Shown: one piece after another, positions 43,931 through 57,764 of the stretch
Layout: every line of letters begins with the position of its first letter
Position numbering within the stretch: position 1 is the first letter of the stretch
Assembly (NCBI GenBank): GCA_964016885.1
Contig: OZ024741.1
Span: 286,750,001-286,814,000 of the forward strand
Source: Eledone cirrhosa
Taxonomy: Eukaryota
DNA: 64,000 bases
Direction of reading: 5' to 3'
Notes under the pieces: generated by a model
What the model saw: the letters and a program-made list of their open reading frames with translations, nothing else
Databases searched by the model: none
What the model was told of the DNA's origin: nothing
Program-made: the position numbers and the translations under genes

Positions 43931-43932
<2 letters not shown>
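40702..43932 (-). mobile_element. Near full-length RTE-clade LINE (APE + RT)
   Basis: ORF-track pieces 42211-43758, 41542-42066 and 40822-41532 share one frame running to TAG at 40702-40704 (1019 codons, 3 internal stops). Motifs GTLNVRT, IQEHR, SAYSPT, LGDFNA, IDFIL, NYRGISL, QNGFR, FIDFRKAFD, FADD, YLG, RLAGH. (TA)n on both sides. Confidence 0.95.
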
Positions 43933-43987
<55 letters not shown>

Positions 43988-44028
43988 GTGTGTGTGTATA
44001 TATATATACATGTATATATATATACATG

Positions 44029-44098
<70 letters not shown>

Positions 44099-44267
44099 AC
44101 GAAGGAAGTGTGGTAAGGAACTAGGTGGACCATAACGTACCAGAGTACTCAATACTTTGGGTAGTAGAGTGGGTAATAGGAAAATGTTCTAGACCCCGAC
44201 GGCAAGTATAACTTGAGCCGTGAAGGTCTCGTTCCTGGATATGTCAATATTTATAAAACAAACTTTG

Positions 44268-44324
44268 TATTTTATCTGATGAGAGCGTACCAATGTTTTG
44301 GTACCCTTGAAATATATATAATAC
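44268..44324 (+). ncRNA. Hammerhead, family P2-like, weakened helix I
   Basis: TAT-CTGATGA(44276-44282)-GAG-c-GTACCA/TGGTAC-c-CTT-GAAA-TATATATA|ATA; same architecture as 17054-17119. Confidence 0.55.
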
Positions 44325-44812
44325 TACTTATTTTGCCATATTCAAATACTGATATGGATAGATATTTTAGTAGCATGAACATGGCTGATTCACAGGAAGG
44401 AGATTTTGCAGAAAATAGGAACAACAGATGTTTGTAAATCGACTTCTTCAGAAGTAAATCGACTTCTTCCAGAAGAAAATGTCGATTAAATATAATGTAC
44501 ATGAATTGATTTTGTTTTCCAAAATATATTTTAAATGTTTTAGCAGCCATGTTTGCCGCCCAATATTTTTAAATATTTATCTTACCGCATCTTTTAGTGC
44601 CTTTAAAAAAAAATATTGACGCTTTTTAGCGCTCCATTGAGATTATATGAACGCGTTTACCCTTGAAAACTAAATGACAACACTACCGGATACACACAAT
44701 TAAAGATGGCAATAGCTGAAAACAGACAAATAATTCAGTTACCCACTCGCCGTTGAAATGACGTGAGCTCAGCTGTCGAACACTAACTTTTCACTATATA
44801 TATATATACATG

Positions 44813-44870
<58 letters not shown>

Positions 44871-45120
44871 GCTCTCTCTTTCATTCTCTCTCTGAATATA
44901 TATATAAATATTCAATTATTTTATTTGACCTGTTTGGCTTGCCTCGTCTTTTTGGCTTAGGTGGTTGATGGCTTCTTGACCGCCGTCTCAGTTTGTTTGG
45001 CCTTTATAACCTATGTTTATTGCTCTGGTCTTTATTTGGTCCATGGAGCGCTTGCCATCATAACTCGGATATTGCGTGTTTCGCTTTGTTTTCGTTCACA
45101 GCCGAAATTCGATCTCGCTG

Positions 45121-45179
<59 letters not shown>

Positions 45180-45221
45180 CATTTTATTTCTCGCTCTTGC
45201 AGCATATGTATACACTTTATT

Positions 45222-45680
45222 TGTCCTGTCGCCACTGTGCCGGCCGCATTCCACGCCATGATGCCCTCAACGAGGTCATTAAGCATGGCTTGGACGCTGC
45301 AGGCTTCCCTTCCCAGCTCGAGCCGGTGGAGCTGGATCGAGGGGACGGCAAAAGGCCAGATGGCATGACCATCTTCCCGTTCCGCGGTGGCAAACCCCTC
45401 GTCTGGGATGCCACTTGCACCGACACTTTCTGCAGCCGCAACCTGATGCAGTCTGCGACTGACTCAGGTTCTGCTGCACGTCGGGCTGAGGGGGCCAAGC
45501 TCCTCAAATACCGGCCACTCTCCGACAGGTGTGTGGTCGTACCCCCTGGCAGTGGAGACTTCTAGTGTCCTCGGCCCCAGGGCTACCTCCTTACTCACCA
45601 CCCTAAGCGCTGAGCTGGCCAGCCGCAGGTGTGAGCCCCGCGAGTTGGAGTGGCTCTTCCAGCGCGTGGGTGGGCCCCAT
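45222..45680 (+). pseudogene. CRE-like non-LTR retrotransposon C-terminal restriction-like endonuclease fragment
   Basis: LSCRHCAGRIPRHDALNEVI, RGDGKRPDG, PLVWDATCTDT; after a frameshift PLAVETS.VLGP...WLFQRV. GC-rich island. Confidence 0.75.
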
Positions 45681-46449
45681 CACGCTCCGTTGTAGTTGTT
45701 GTAGAAGAAACAGGAAGACAATTACACATGTACATAAATATATATACTTACACTCAAGCATACCTACACATACATATATCTAAATTGTTTCGATATCGAT
45801 CAGCTCAGGGTACAATCAAGGTGACGGGACCCAACTCTTTTTTGACATCTCATCAGATATGCGAGCTTATATGTGCAAAGACACATCTATCTATATATAT
45901 ATATGTGTGTGTGTGTGTGTATACATACAGAGAGAAATGAGGTGCGTGTATGTACGTGTGTGTGTCTGTGTTTACATCTGTATCTGTGTTTGTATTTATG
46001 TACCGCAAACATAGCGGTTTGACAAAAAGAAAACGATAAAATAAGTTCAAGGATTGAAAAAAGTAAGTACTGGAGTCGATGTGATCGACTAAAATTCCCT
46101 TTAGGCATAGCGGCAGTCTAAAGACTCAAACCCGGTTATAGACTAAAAGCATTCTGAAAAATTGCAAAGGCTCATTAGAGATAGGTCACCAGTTACAACA
46201 GTAAGTTTTCCACCACCACCACCATTTCCCGTAAACTAAGCATCATTGGTAATGTTATTTAGATTAGCAAATTTTAGTAGATCTCAGGCATGTTGCCACA
46301 CTTGCACTGGTTGGCATCATTATATTGGTTTATTCTAGAAGACAAACTGTCTATCCCCTATAGATGAAGAGCAACATATATCAGTTCAATTGGTAGGTTC
46401 TACCTTTGGATCCTCGATGACACCCCGTGCCAAAATATACGTGTGTGTG

Positions 46450-46507
<58 letters not shown>

Positions 46508-46579
46508 ACCAACTTGGCGGAAGTAAAGGCGGGGAGAGGTGCACGAGATATAAACAGGTGAATGAGTGCATACTGGATG

Positions 46580-47320
46580 TCTGACTGACTGGCTGGCTGG
46601 CTGGATAGCAGGCTAGCTGGCTGGTTGGGTAGTGGGTTAGCTGGTGGTTTGGTTGACTGGGCAGTTGGTTGGCTGGTTGGTTGTCTTGCTGGTTGGCTGG
46701 CTGGTTTGCTGGTAGGTTGATTGGCTGGTTTGCTGGTAGGTTGATTGGCTGGTTGGCAGGTTGTTAGAGTGGCAGGTTGGTTGCTAGTGTGGCGGGCTGG
46801 TTGCTAAAGTGGTGGGCCGGTTGCTAGAGGGGTGGACTGACTGCTAGATAGGGGGACTGGTTGCTTGAGTGGGGTGCTGGTTGCTAGAGGGGCGGGCTGG
46901 TTGATAGAATGGCGAGCTGGTTGCTAGAGTGGTGTACTGGTTACTAGAGGGGTGAGCTGGTTTCTAAAGTGGCGGGCTGGTTGCTTGAGTTGGGGGGCTG
47001 GTTGCTAGAGTGGTGTACTGGTTGCTAGAGTGGTGTATTGGTTGCTTAAGTGGGGGGCTGGTTGCTAAAGTGGCGGCTTGTTGCTAGAGTGGTGTACTGG
47101 TTGCTAGAGGGGTGGGCTGGTTGCTAGAGTTGCGGTCTGGTTGCTAGAGGGGTGGGCTGATTGCTAGAGTTTCGGTCTGGTTGCTAGAGGGGTGGGATGG
47201 TTGATAGAGTCGTGGGCTGGTTGATAGAGTGGTGAGCTGGTTAGCTGGTTGGCTGGTTTAGAGTGGCGGGCGAGTTGGCAGGTTGGCTGGCTGTTAGAGT
47301 GGTGGGCTGGTTAAGTGGCT
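46580..47320. repeat. GGCT/GGTT tetramer grading into a 20-bp minisatellite (GGTTGCTAGAGTGGTGGGCT)
   Basis: About 24 diverged 20-mers at 46760-47240. Confidence 0.9.
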
Positions 47321-50018
47321 GGATGTAGATTTCGAAATAACATCGATTCAAGCAAATTGCTAGGACAACCTTGGCATATGGATACAGCATGACTGAATAA
47401 TTAAGGAGTTTTAGCAATTCGATCCCACTGCGTGACATCCAAAGTAATTATCATTTACATCCCTGGTGTGTCCCAAGCCTTGTAAGTGAAACAGTGTCGA
47501 TGGAAACTTTTTTGGAAGCCCGTTGGATGGACTGTAACTGAAATTCAAAAGAACAGTCCCGTCACATACTGTGTCACACTGAATCTCCTTCAGAATTGCG
47601 AGAAGAGCAAACGTGTCTATGGAATGCTCAGTGACTTGCATGTTCCATTGACAAATAACTGGAACACTCATCATTGAAACCGACGGAAATCCATTCTATT
47701 TCATAGTTTTTCGAAACCGGATCTAAATTTCTATGAAGGACCAAATCAAAAAATAATTTGTTGACAATATTATTTTAATCAGCAGTAGCACTAACATAGC
47801 GTGCTTCATAACAAATGTGTATATGAAGGTATATGCGGTATGTTTATGTATAATAAACAATTAAGAGTCTCGCTATGAATATTTTAAGTTGTCATCATGG
47901 TCACAGCTTAAAACGTTTGCATATACACTACTATTAACATTATTTCAGGATATGTGTCATAGAACAACCGGTGGTGACAATATGTTGTTCATTGACTTAG
48001 TGCCAATATATTTAATGCAGAATACATCAAAAGCCATCCCTTAATTAATGACCACAACAAAACGATTCATTCTTCTGCAGTGATCCGATTGGTTGATATA
48101 AACGTTACTATAATAGATAGCCATATGAACACCAGGATTTGACTCATCAGTTACATTTACTAGCGTAAGAAAATTTATATTTCATTTTTCAGGTTTGAAT
48201 CTTAATATTGCTTTTTAATTTAGGCACAAGGTCAGCAAATTGAGGAAAAATCAACTCCAGTTCTCGACTGGTACTTTACTTTATCGACTCCGGAAGGATG
48301 AAAGGCAAAGTTGATCCAGTGGGATTTGACCGCCTAGTTGTATGCTTTCAGTGTGTGTGTACAATATAATTGCTGACCTTGTACCAAGGCTAGAAAGAAT
48401 TAGTTATTATTACTTTTTCATGCAGTAGATCACATCGAACCGTTTTTGAGATCTCATTTGCACATTAGCTTATCTTTACGTAAATAGCTTGTTGCCCTTT
48501 GCTCAACCTTTCTTCATTTTGTATGAAAGAGATTTTGGGAATGGTTCCCCATACCTAGTGGCGCGCAGAAAGGGAGGCAGAGGGTGAGATGGCCCCGGGA
48601 AACCATATCAGGCAGGAGGTGTGGACGCCCAATCAAAGAGCTATACAGGGTTCTCCATTCAATACAACAACCGAGTGCAGCACTTAGATTTCTCAAGCGT
48701 CCATCAGTTTTCTGCCCAGATAAAAAAAAAAACAAAAAAAAACTGAGGAATTTATTAACTTGAAATTCAATGCATATGATCGAACAAAACATATGATTGA
48801 TTTTATATTAATTTGAAGTGTTTATTTAATATTTTATTTGTTTTTTCATATTTAAAATATCTTCCATGCTAACATTTCTCAGTACTAGACCCCATAGTGG
48901 CATACAATCAAGGAGTTGGCTCAGGACATCACCAAATCTCTACACACCACTGCCAACAACCCTTCTCATAGCTCAAAGTAGCAGATTCAGGCGGAGTGTA
49001 GGAAGGCAGAGACCTTTTTTTTCAACGACTCCGAGATGGGTGGGGAAAAGAAAGAATCGACGGCTCATCTGATCAGAATATTTGCAACAGATTGAACTCC
49101 TCCAGATGACCATATAGGACAATTGATGATGTTTAACTGTGTGACAGGTTATGTTGACTAGCCTACAAACTAGAAAATATGCCAGATATGGATCATATAA
49201 GCAAGATGAGGTCTTTACGAGTTGTCTAGTCTCTGACCGTGACTAAAAATCCATCAATTGTCAGCATGGAAATTGGATGTTAAATTAAGATGATGATCTG
49301 GGCCTATGAGAGGGGGGGGGGGTCAGCCAGTACTTTATTCCGGGGCCCAAAAGCTAAGAAGACCCCACAGCAACCATGCAACATTCATTTTTAGAAAGAT
49401 CTTCGGGCTCCAAAGGAGTCTTGAACCGCCTTGCAAAATTTCTCTTAGAGGCCCTGATGATGATGATGATGATGATGATGAAAGATAAATAATTCCGAGA
49501 ATATGCAATGTTAATGTTAATGATGAGTTGTGTGTCTATTTGTAGGAAGTAATATATAACCGTCATCTGATCCCTCTCCAAAAGATAAATGAGTATTTTG
49601 CCTGGCTGCTTGTCTGAGGATAATATATAATCAACATAGCAAGTTTACATTGTTGGCATTATGATTATATTATTAAGTTATGATTTTTATTAAATAAATC
49701 TGTTTATATTATTTTAAAATCCGTAATCTCACTTTAAAGTCATATAGTCTCATTCTGAAATCCTTCATCTCACTTTGAAATGGCAAGATCCCAGTTGGAA
49801 ATGGTGTGTGTTCACTAAGAATTACAAATACTCTAGTATTTTTAGCATTCTTCAGATGCCAACTTATTGCTTTAAAAAGTTGGTGAAAATCTGTGCTTTT
49901 TTTTCTAAGAAAGCCATATATAAATATATACGCGATTATCTGCACATACAAACACACATACACACAAATACATACATACGTACGTACATACACACACATA
50001 CACATACATGCTTACATG

Positions 50019-50066
<48 letters not shown>

Positions 50067-50434
50067 TATAACTAACAACTTGCATACATATATGCTTTTA
50101 TATATATATATACTCACCTGTATTCTTGTGCAGATAATCACGTACATATTTATATATGGTTTTCTTATGAAATAATAGATTTTCGCCAACTCTCTCTCTC
50201 TCCCCTTCTCCCCTCTCCCCCCCCTCTCTCTCTCTCACACACATACACACACCACCCACGTATAAAACACAAACGACTTCGTCGCGTTAGATGGGAGACA
50301 TTTCACTAATGTAAATAACAACCGAAGCCCTATTGAGCATGACGACTATGCGTTTTAAATTTTACAGGCTTTTTCCGTTGTCAATAAATAACTGGGCTTG
50401 AGTCCAATATAGAAACAATTATCAGTGAACAGGG

Positions 50435-50650
50435 AAGGCTGTAGATTGGAAGAATCGTAAGAGTGTCGGAAAAATACTTTGTAGCATTTAAATACGGCCC
50501 TTTACGTTCTGAGTTCAAATCGCCCCGAAATCAACTTTTCCTTTCCTTCTCCCGGGATCGATAAAATATGGTACTAGTCACATACTGGGGTCGATATAAT
50601 CGACCTTCTCCTTTATCAAAACTACTGGATTTCTGCCGAAATTAGAAATC
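50435..50650 (+). mobile_element. Older SINE family A-related copy
   Basis: GAGTTCAAATC B-box and CGGGATCGATAAAAT core. Further old copies at ~48215-48330 and ~51110-51235 (-). Confidence 0.7.
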
Positions 50651-50702
50651 ATAAAATCCTTATCAGTCAAATTGTACAGTTAAAAAACGAACGGGATTTG
50701 TG

Positions 50703-50896
50703 CAGACTTGTCAATTTTCCCCGTCCGACAGGGAGATCTCTCACCCACTTTGGGTTGGGTGAGAGATGTCTTCTTTTGAGAAAATGGGTTTAGCTTTCAT
50801 TATGTAAAATCCCCCCATTTTGCCTCATTTCTCCCCGTTTTAGGGCATTTTTTTCATGAAACTCTCCGTTTTTGTTTTTAGAGGTTGACAGGTCTG
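50703..50896 (+). mobile_element. MITE with 12-bp TIR and 6-bp TSD
   Basis: TIR CAGACTTGTCAA/TTGACAGGTCTG; TTTGTG duplicated at 50697-50702 and 50897-50902. Confidence 0.8.
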
Positions 50897-51848
50897 TTTG
50901 TGTCCGGTGGCGTTTTGGTCCTGAGATTTTTGTCCCTATCTCATTGTAAGTAAAGACCTTAAAGTGCATACATAGGAGAGGAAATCAGAAATTCAAAAAC
51001 AGAGTCGATTAAATGACAAGAAAGTGAAACTGAGTACTCTCGGTTCCCATATAATAGGGGGTGAGTGGAATAAGCGAGGTGGGGTGTATGGAAAATCGGT
51101 AATTTTTCAAAGTTGTCTCTGGAAGGATGAAAGACAAAGTTGGTGTTGGAAAGATTTGAACTCAGAATGTAAAGGGTCTGACAAAATACAGCATTTTGTC
51201 TGTCATTCTATAGATTTTTGCCAATCCCTCGCCTTAGTAAGTTAATAAATAATAATAACAATCTGATATTGCAAGATTCAAAATATTTTGTATTGTGTAT
51301 CTTTTAGTTTATGTTATGATTTTAATATTTCATATTAGCTGCAATTGTTTGTCATGATGAATATTCTTCTATACACCTGTGGAACTATTGAAAACTTATG
51401 TGATGAAACTCAAACCATAGACATTTGAGGATATTATCTATAAAGTTACTGGAAACAATGGTGCAACGATTACCACCATAACTACCACAATGATATATGC
51501 CTGGAAAATGTGGGAGAACACTCTTCGACGTGCAGAATTCCACGCGCATGCCGCCTCATTGTTTTCGTAGACATAACGAAGAAGATGTTACTTCGGAGGA
51601 TAGTGAGTGGGACGTATTGAAATATCTATTCCATCTCACGGGGGAAACTACTACGGGTGGTCAGCTCCACCTTGATAGCAGTGTGTAGGGAGGTGGGTTG
51701 GGAAAAAAAACCACTAGAAGTCTTTATCACTGTAGGTTTAAAAATAAACCTATCAAAGTGGCAAAGTCCGAATCTGCTTCTATGAAAGAAAACCACCAAT
51801 TTTAAAGGGTTATTACTTAAATTAAAATCTTTCAACATAATGTTATAT

Positions 51849-52041
51849 CAGACATGTCAAGTCTCCCCATCCGACGGGGAGATCACCCACCCACTTTGGT
51901 GTGGGTAAGATATGTCTTCTCTTGTGAAAATGGCTATAGCTTTCATTATGTAAAATCTCCCCATGCTGCTTCATTTCTCCCCGTTTTGGGGCACTTTTTT
52001 ATGTACTCTCCGTTTGGGTTTTTAGAGGGTAGCAGGTCTAG
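51849..52041 (+). mobile_element. Second copy of the 6-bp-TSD MITE
   Basis: Homologous to 50703-50896; TTATAT duplicated at 51843-51848 and 52042-52047. Confidence 0.75.
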
Positions 52042-52523
52042 TTATATAAGAATCATATGTTAAGTTACTATCTTAGTAATGATATAATTAATAATTTTAT
52101 AATCAATAATTCTAGTCAATCTCTCAAAATCGTTAATTAATTAATTGAAATAGAGTTTACTTCAATTTAAATGTAGTTATAATCCCAACTGGTTATTAGC
52201 GAAATATTTCATATACAACGGATTTTAATAGTAAGTGGGGTTACTTTTAGCTGGGACGTCTTTTGTTTTTTGTTTTATTTATAATTTATAATATTTTGTG
52301 ATTTTTTTCTTTTGCTCGTTCAATTTCTTTTCTTTTCTTGTTTCGTAATTTGTTTTATTATGCTTATTTATTTCATTCTGTTTCCTCAGATATTTTGATC
52401 AGATGTCATGGTTGCCGTACTGTCGACAATTTATATCTGATGAGAGGAAGGTATAGATGGCATCTGTTTGACTTGGATTTCCTGTTTTAAACGAGGAGTG
52501 TATACATACATACACACACACAC

Positions 52524-52589
<66 letters not shown>

Positions 52590-52839
52590 TTGAAACTGTC
52601 TTCAGGTAAGGTCGAAAGCAAATAGGGCAGCGATCACACCTTTGGTACCGGAAGTACTTCCTGTCATCTTTTTTTGTTTCTATTTTTCACCAGCTTTACT
52701 CTTTATGTGAGACAGTCAGTCAGTACGGTGTCAAATAAGAACGAATGCTAACTGCATTTATGACACTATTTTGTTTCTCCTCTTAAGTATGTGCACATTA
52801 TTATGAATATTTCGGCGTTGTTATTGTTTGTATAATCGG

Positions 52840-53095
52840 CAGTGGGAGAGGATGCTCTGAAAATGTGATACCCAGAGTAAGAACAGGCTGGAAGAAGTTT
52901 AGGGTGTTGGAACCTCTGCAGACAACCACGGTTTCTCTCTGTGTGATGGGTAGACTATATTATGCCTGCATGCGAGCAGCAATGCTACATGGCAATGAAA
53001 CACTGATCTTGGCTTCAGAAGACCTGAAAATGTTAGAAAGAAATGAAGCGAGTATGCTCCGATGGCTATGTGACGTAGAATAAGCGTGCTGAGAG
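52840..53095 (+). pseudogene. RTE LINE fragment
   Basis: RVRTGWKKFR...GRLYYACMRAAMLHGNET...LERNEASMLRWLC. Confidence 0.75.
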
Positions 53096-53667
53096 AAAAA
53101 CATGCCAAATACCTCTGCCCATGACACACACTAACGCCGTCCATTGGGTAGAGAAAGATCTTCAGTTAAGTCAGTGAAGGAAAACCCCTCAAGAGACGGT
53201 GTTACGGAAAATACACCCAGTTCAGTCTATAAGGTGATTGGTGATAGGAAGAAACCACGGTAGAAACCACGCCAAAACGGATGAAAGGATTATTTACTTG
53301 TTTCAAAGGGCACGACAATCTCCCAAGTACTGGTGATCTACACGATAAACGCACCCAGTACAATCTGTGGTTGGCGATAGAATGAGTAGCCATCCGTAGA
53401 AAACCTGCCAAACAAAGAGTTGTGAGGACTCTTCAGCTGTGCTAAAGACATGACAACTTCCCTAGTGTTGGTGCCACAATAAAATGCACACGGAGGAGCT
53501 CGTGACCGTATGTCAGACTTCCAACACACCTGGTGGTCTGTGGCTCCACTTAAGTACTAACTGGTCTGTGATGACATGCCCAAACCTCGCTAACAGGAAA
53601 ACATACGCCCCACCACACGAATATATAGTTATGCATATATATATACATGCACAATATATATACATTG

Positions 53668-53698
<31 letters not shown>

Positions 53699-53856
53699 GT
53701 GTATGTGTGTGCGTGTGTGTGTGTACACTCTGCTATAGCATAGAGTGCTAATATTGGTACCTTCCTCAGTAAACCACAAATATACTAGATCACCTAATCA
53801 CACACACACACACACACATTTATATATGATGTGTATGTCTGTGTATTGTGTGTGTG

Positions 53857-53926
<70 letters not shown>

Positions 53927-54739
53927 CTAGTGAAAGAAGGGGGTTTCATTTATTTCAAAGGGTTAATGTAAATAGTGATAATGGTACTGTTGTTTTGGAT
54001 ATATCTGCTTTAGAAAGGTCACACACAAATTGGATATCAAAGAAATATTATTAATAACAGAGGAAGTACATTTGTTTCATTGAAGACACAACATCGTAGA
54101 TTAACCCATCACAACTCCTGCCGTATGCCCAGCATTCCCATGATGTTAGTGTCCTGTACTCTTTAACTTCTCATAGTAATCGAGAATGTTTCTTTTTTTT
54201 AATTTTGTTTTTAACAATCTACTAACCTTATACGGGGTGAGCCATAAGGGATGGTAGTATGCTCCCACTGGATCGGGTTTCAATTCATAGTTAAATAATT
54301 TCATTAACCCGAGAATTACATTAAGGGCACACGTGACAATTGAATACACAATATATATGAATTCATAATTGGACATTATTTAATCGAACAATGGAATTCT
54401 CCTGAAACTGACTAAGGATCCATCATAATTATACCTTGATGATGATGATGATGAGGATGAGGTGGAGGTGGAGGATGAGGATACCATGAGATGGATCAGC
54501 TCAGTCAATTTTTCTTGCACTGGACATAGTGTATGGAGACAGAGTGGTGACGGCTTGACCACCAGTTTAATGATATAGGTTTGCCAGAGAGAAATATATT
54601 TTCAAATTATAGAAAGGCAAGGAGAGAGCGACAAATGTCACTACTCTGTATAAAAAAAAACTACAAACAATAAGTATAAAGGAACAGCAAGTATTACATC
54701 CTGATCTTGCTTGCTGTGGTTACCATCGGAATCAGCGCG

Positions 54740-54823
<84 letters not shown>

Positions 54824-54829
54824 AGATTT

Positions 54830-55013
54830 GTTTATCCCAGGTTCAATCGGCGGTAACCTCAGTAAGTAAGGTACTCAATACAAAGCAGAGTATAAATATT
54901 TAATATAGAAAAGGCTTCTACAGGACTAAAACTGTTTCATTCGGGAGAAATCATCAGGACTTCCTAATGATTTCTCCTGAATGAAACAGTTCTAGTCCTG
55001 TAGAAGCCTTTTA
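54830..55013. mobile_element. Fold-back element P1 with two opposed, impaired hammerheads
   Basis: Arms 54909-54959 / 54962-55012. The plus copy has CTAATGA (core mutation); the minus copy has an intact core but a truncated helix I. Confidence 0.72.
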
Positions 55014-55087
55014 TATATATATATATAGTTCAGAAGATCCCGTTAAGGGTGAAAGCAGCGATTCTTTGCTTAAACTTTAATCTGTTA

Positions 55088-55145
<58 letters not shown>

Positions 55146-55147
<2 letters not shown>

Positions 55148-55309
55148 TTAGAAAGTGAACAACACAATAAACTACTCCATTACCAAAGGTTTCTGGATCT
55201 CAGACAATATTAATATGTCTGGATCGGTCAGGCGTATGTTAATATTGTCTGGGATCCAGAAAGCTTTGGTAATGGAGTAGTTATATTTTGTGTCGTTCAC
55301 TTTCTAATT
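55146..55309. mobile_element. Fold-back palindrome (~80-bp arms) next to (TA)n
   Basis: AATTAGAAAGTGAAC... / ...GTTCACTTTCTAATT. Minus strand of the left arm has a hammerhead 3' half GAAACC-ttt-GGTA. Confidence 0.65.
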
Positions 55310-55391
55310 AAATAGCTCTGTTCTATACATAGAGCACTCTTTTTTCCTTTGCTTTTCCTTCGGAATTACCTAACACACACGCGCGCACACG

Positions 55392-55612
<221 letters not shown>

Positions 55613-55992
55613 TTTTTCTTTATAAAGAGAATGAATTCTGCCTGCCATGCTATGGTAGTTAATGAAGATTAAATAGAGGGAAAACAAGAAATAGAGAATT
55701 CTGAGCTAATAAACAAGTTTGCCACGTTAGAAAAGGAAAACAAGAAAACAAGCGGAAGTGTGGTTGATAAAATAATTACGTCCGTTATGAATTGCTTAAT
55801 TGTAATACCTGGATATTTGCCACTCTATTATGTATGATTCACTTTCTATCCTTCTCTGGAAGAAATCTGCTGTATTCAAACTTGGAGAAGAGATGGACTC
55901 CGCCAGGTTTTTTTTTTTATATTGCCTCAGAAATGTTGTATGTCAAGATGGCATCCCTACGACTCCCTTAAGGTCCATACATACTATAAATT

Positions 55993-56033
<41 letters not shown>

Positions 56034-56573
56034 CTTGTTTATTTCCTTTCTTTGGTTTGTTTTTATCCTTCTATGTTGTTCACTTGTCCCCCTCGCTTTA
56101 CGCGATTACTGGTCCCAATAACTTTTTTAGATTATTGCTCGAACCAACCTGAGGCATCTGATTTTTAATGCGATGAAATATCAATGATGGTTGGAAAATC
56201 ACTGATGAAGGACTATTTTTATCATATGTAACCCATGTGCAAACCACGCAGTATTCTTCTTTCTTCTCATTTTATATATACAGTGGTCACAGCATTGGAT
56301 ATTTGAGTTCTGCAAATACTTGTAAATTTGCACATAGCATAACTAGGCTGTAGTACCACCGTGGAAACATTTGTAAGCACACGGAATAAATTACCTTTTT
56401 ATGATGTCTACCTGTTATTATTCATTCTTTATATACACTCCGGAATACAGAAGGATCAGGAACTAAGTTTCTTCAACAATTCTTCCACATAACTCGTAGA
56501 GTAACCTCTCACCGTACGTCAACCATATCCAGTGTAGTAATTAACCATTACTACATCTTGGGTAATCCTATAC

Positions 56574-56706
<133 letters not shown>

Positions 56707-56747
56707 AGGTGCATTTTCAAACCTTTATTATTATTTTACACACGCAA

Positions 56748-56965
56748 GGGTGGTGGATTGGCAGTATCGATACAGAGTCGGACACCATGCTTTGCAGCAT
56801 TGAGTTACGGCCCTTTACGGTCTGAGTTCAAATCCCGCGAAGGTTAACTTTGCCTTTCATCCTTACAGGGTCGATGAAATAAAGCACCAGTAACGTACTT
56901 GGTTCGATTTAATCGACTTTCCCCTCCCCCAAAATTACTGGCCTTGTGCCTATACTAGAAATCAT
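56748..56965 (+). mobile_element. SINE family A, full length
   Basis: A-box, B-box, core and 3' end all present. Confidence 0.88.
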
Positions 56966-57592
56966 CATTTTACACACACACACACACACACACATATATA
57001 TCTTTCCATGTATATACCTGCGTTTGTTTGCATGTATGTATACCAAACTTCATAAATTCAGGGAAACTCCATATACGTATCAATATAGTTTGGTATACAT
57101 ACATACACACAAACAAGTAAATGCAGGCATATACATGCAAAGATACATACGCACATACATAGGCGAACATATATGAATATGTACGTGCGCGCACACAAAC
57201 ACAATACTCTTTTACTAGTTTCACACAATGGGCTGTAGTCATGCTGGATGATATATACATATATGCATATTAAATATATATATATACATACATACATTAT
57301 ACATACATACATATACATGATATGATATGATGGCTGAAACTCGATTTTGAGTAATGCCATCAGTTGATACTTAAACGTGGCTTTTAGTCCTGATATGGAC
57401 TTATCTATGGCCAGCAATACCACACATTGCAAAAAATTTCACATATCAAGCGATGCCTGTGCTTGAAGCTTTTTTAAGTGAGGAAAGGCTGAAAGGCTTT
57501 GCACTGGGCCAATCTGACTCTCTGAACATCGAATGCATTTTCCCCCAAAAGAAGAACTGGTCTCCATCATTGTATGCAAATGAAGTCGCAGG

Positions 57593-57656
<64 letters not shown>

Positions 57657-57764
57657 GTTAGTGTGTGTGTTTTACCCCAGTTTTCTTTTTAAATAACAGC
57701 TGAATTTAATCCCATAAATTTATGAGGATTCTTCGTAGAATTTTAATTTATGATACGCCATGAC

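Noticed and set aside
44272-44550. ORF MAAKTFKIYF with a good Kozak/YY1-like context (AAACATGGCT)
   Set aside because: No recognisable homology or splice donor; it overlaps a hammerhead-bearing repeat.
46580-47320. Telomere-like G-rich repeat
   Set aside because: No TTAGGG array; a diverged 20-bp minisatellite.
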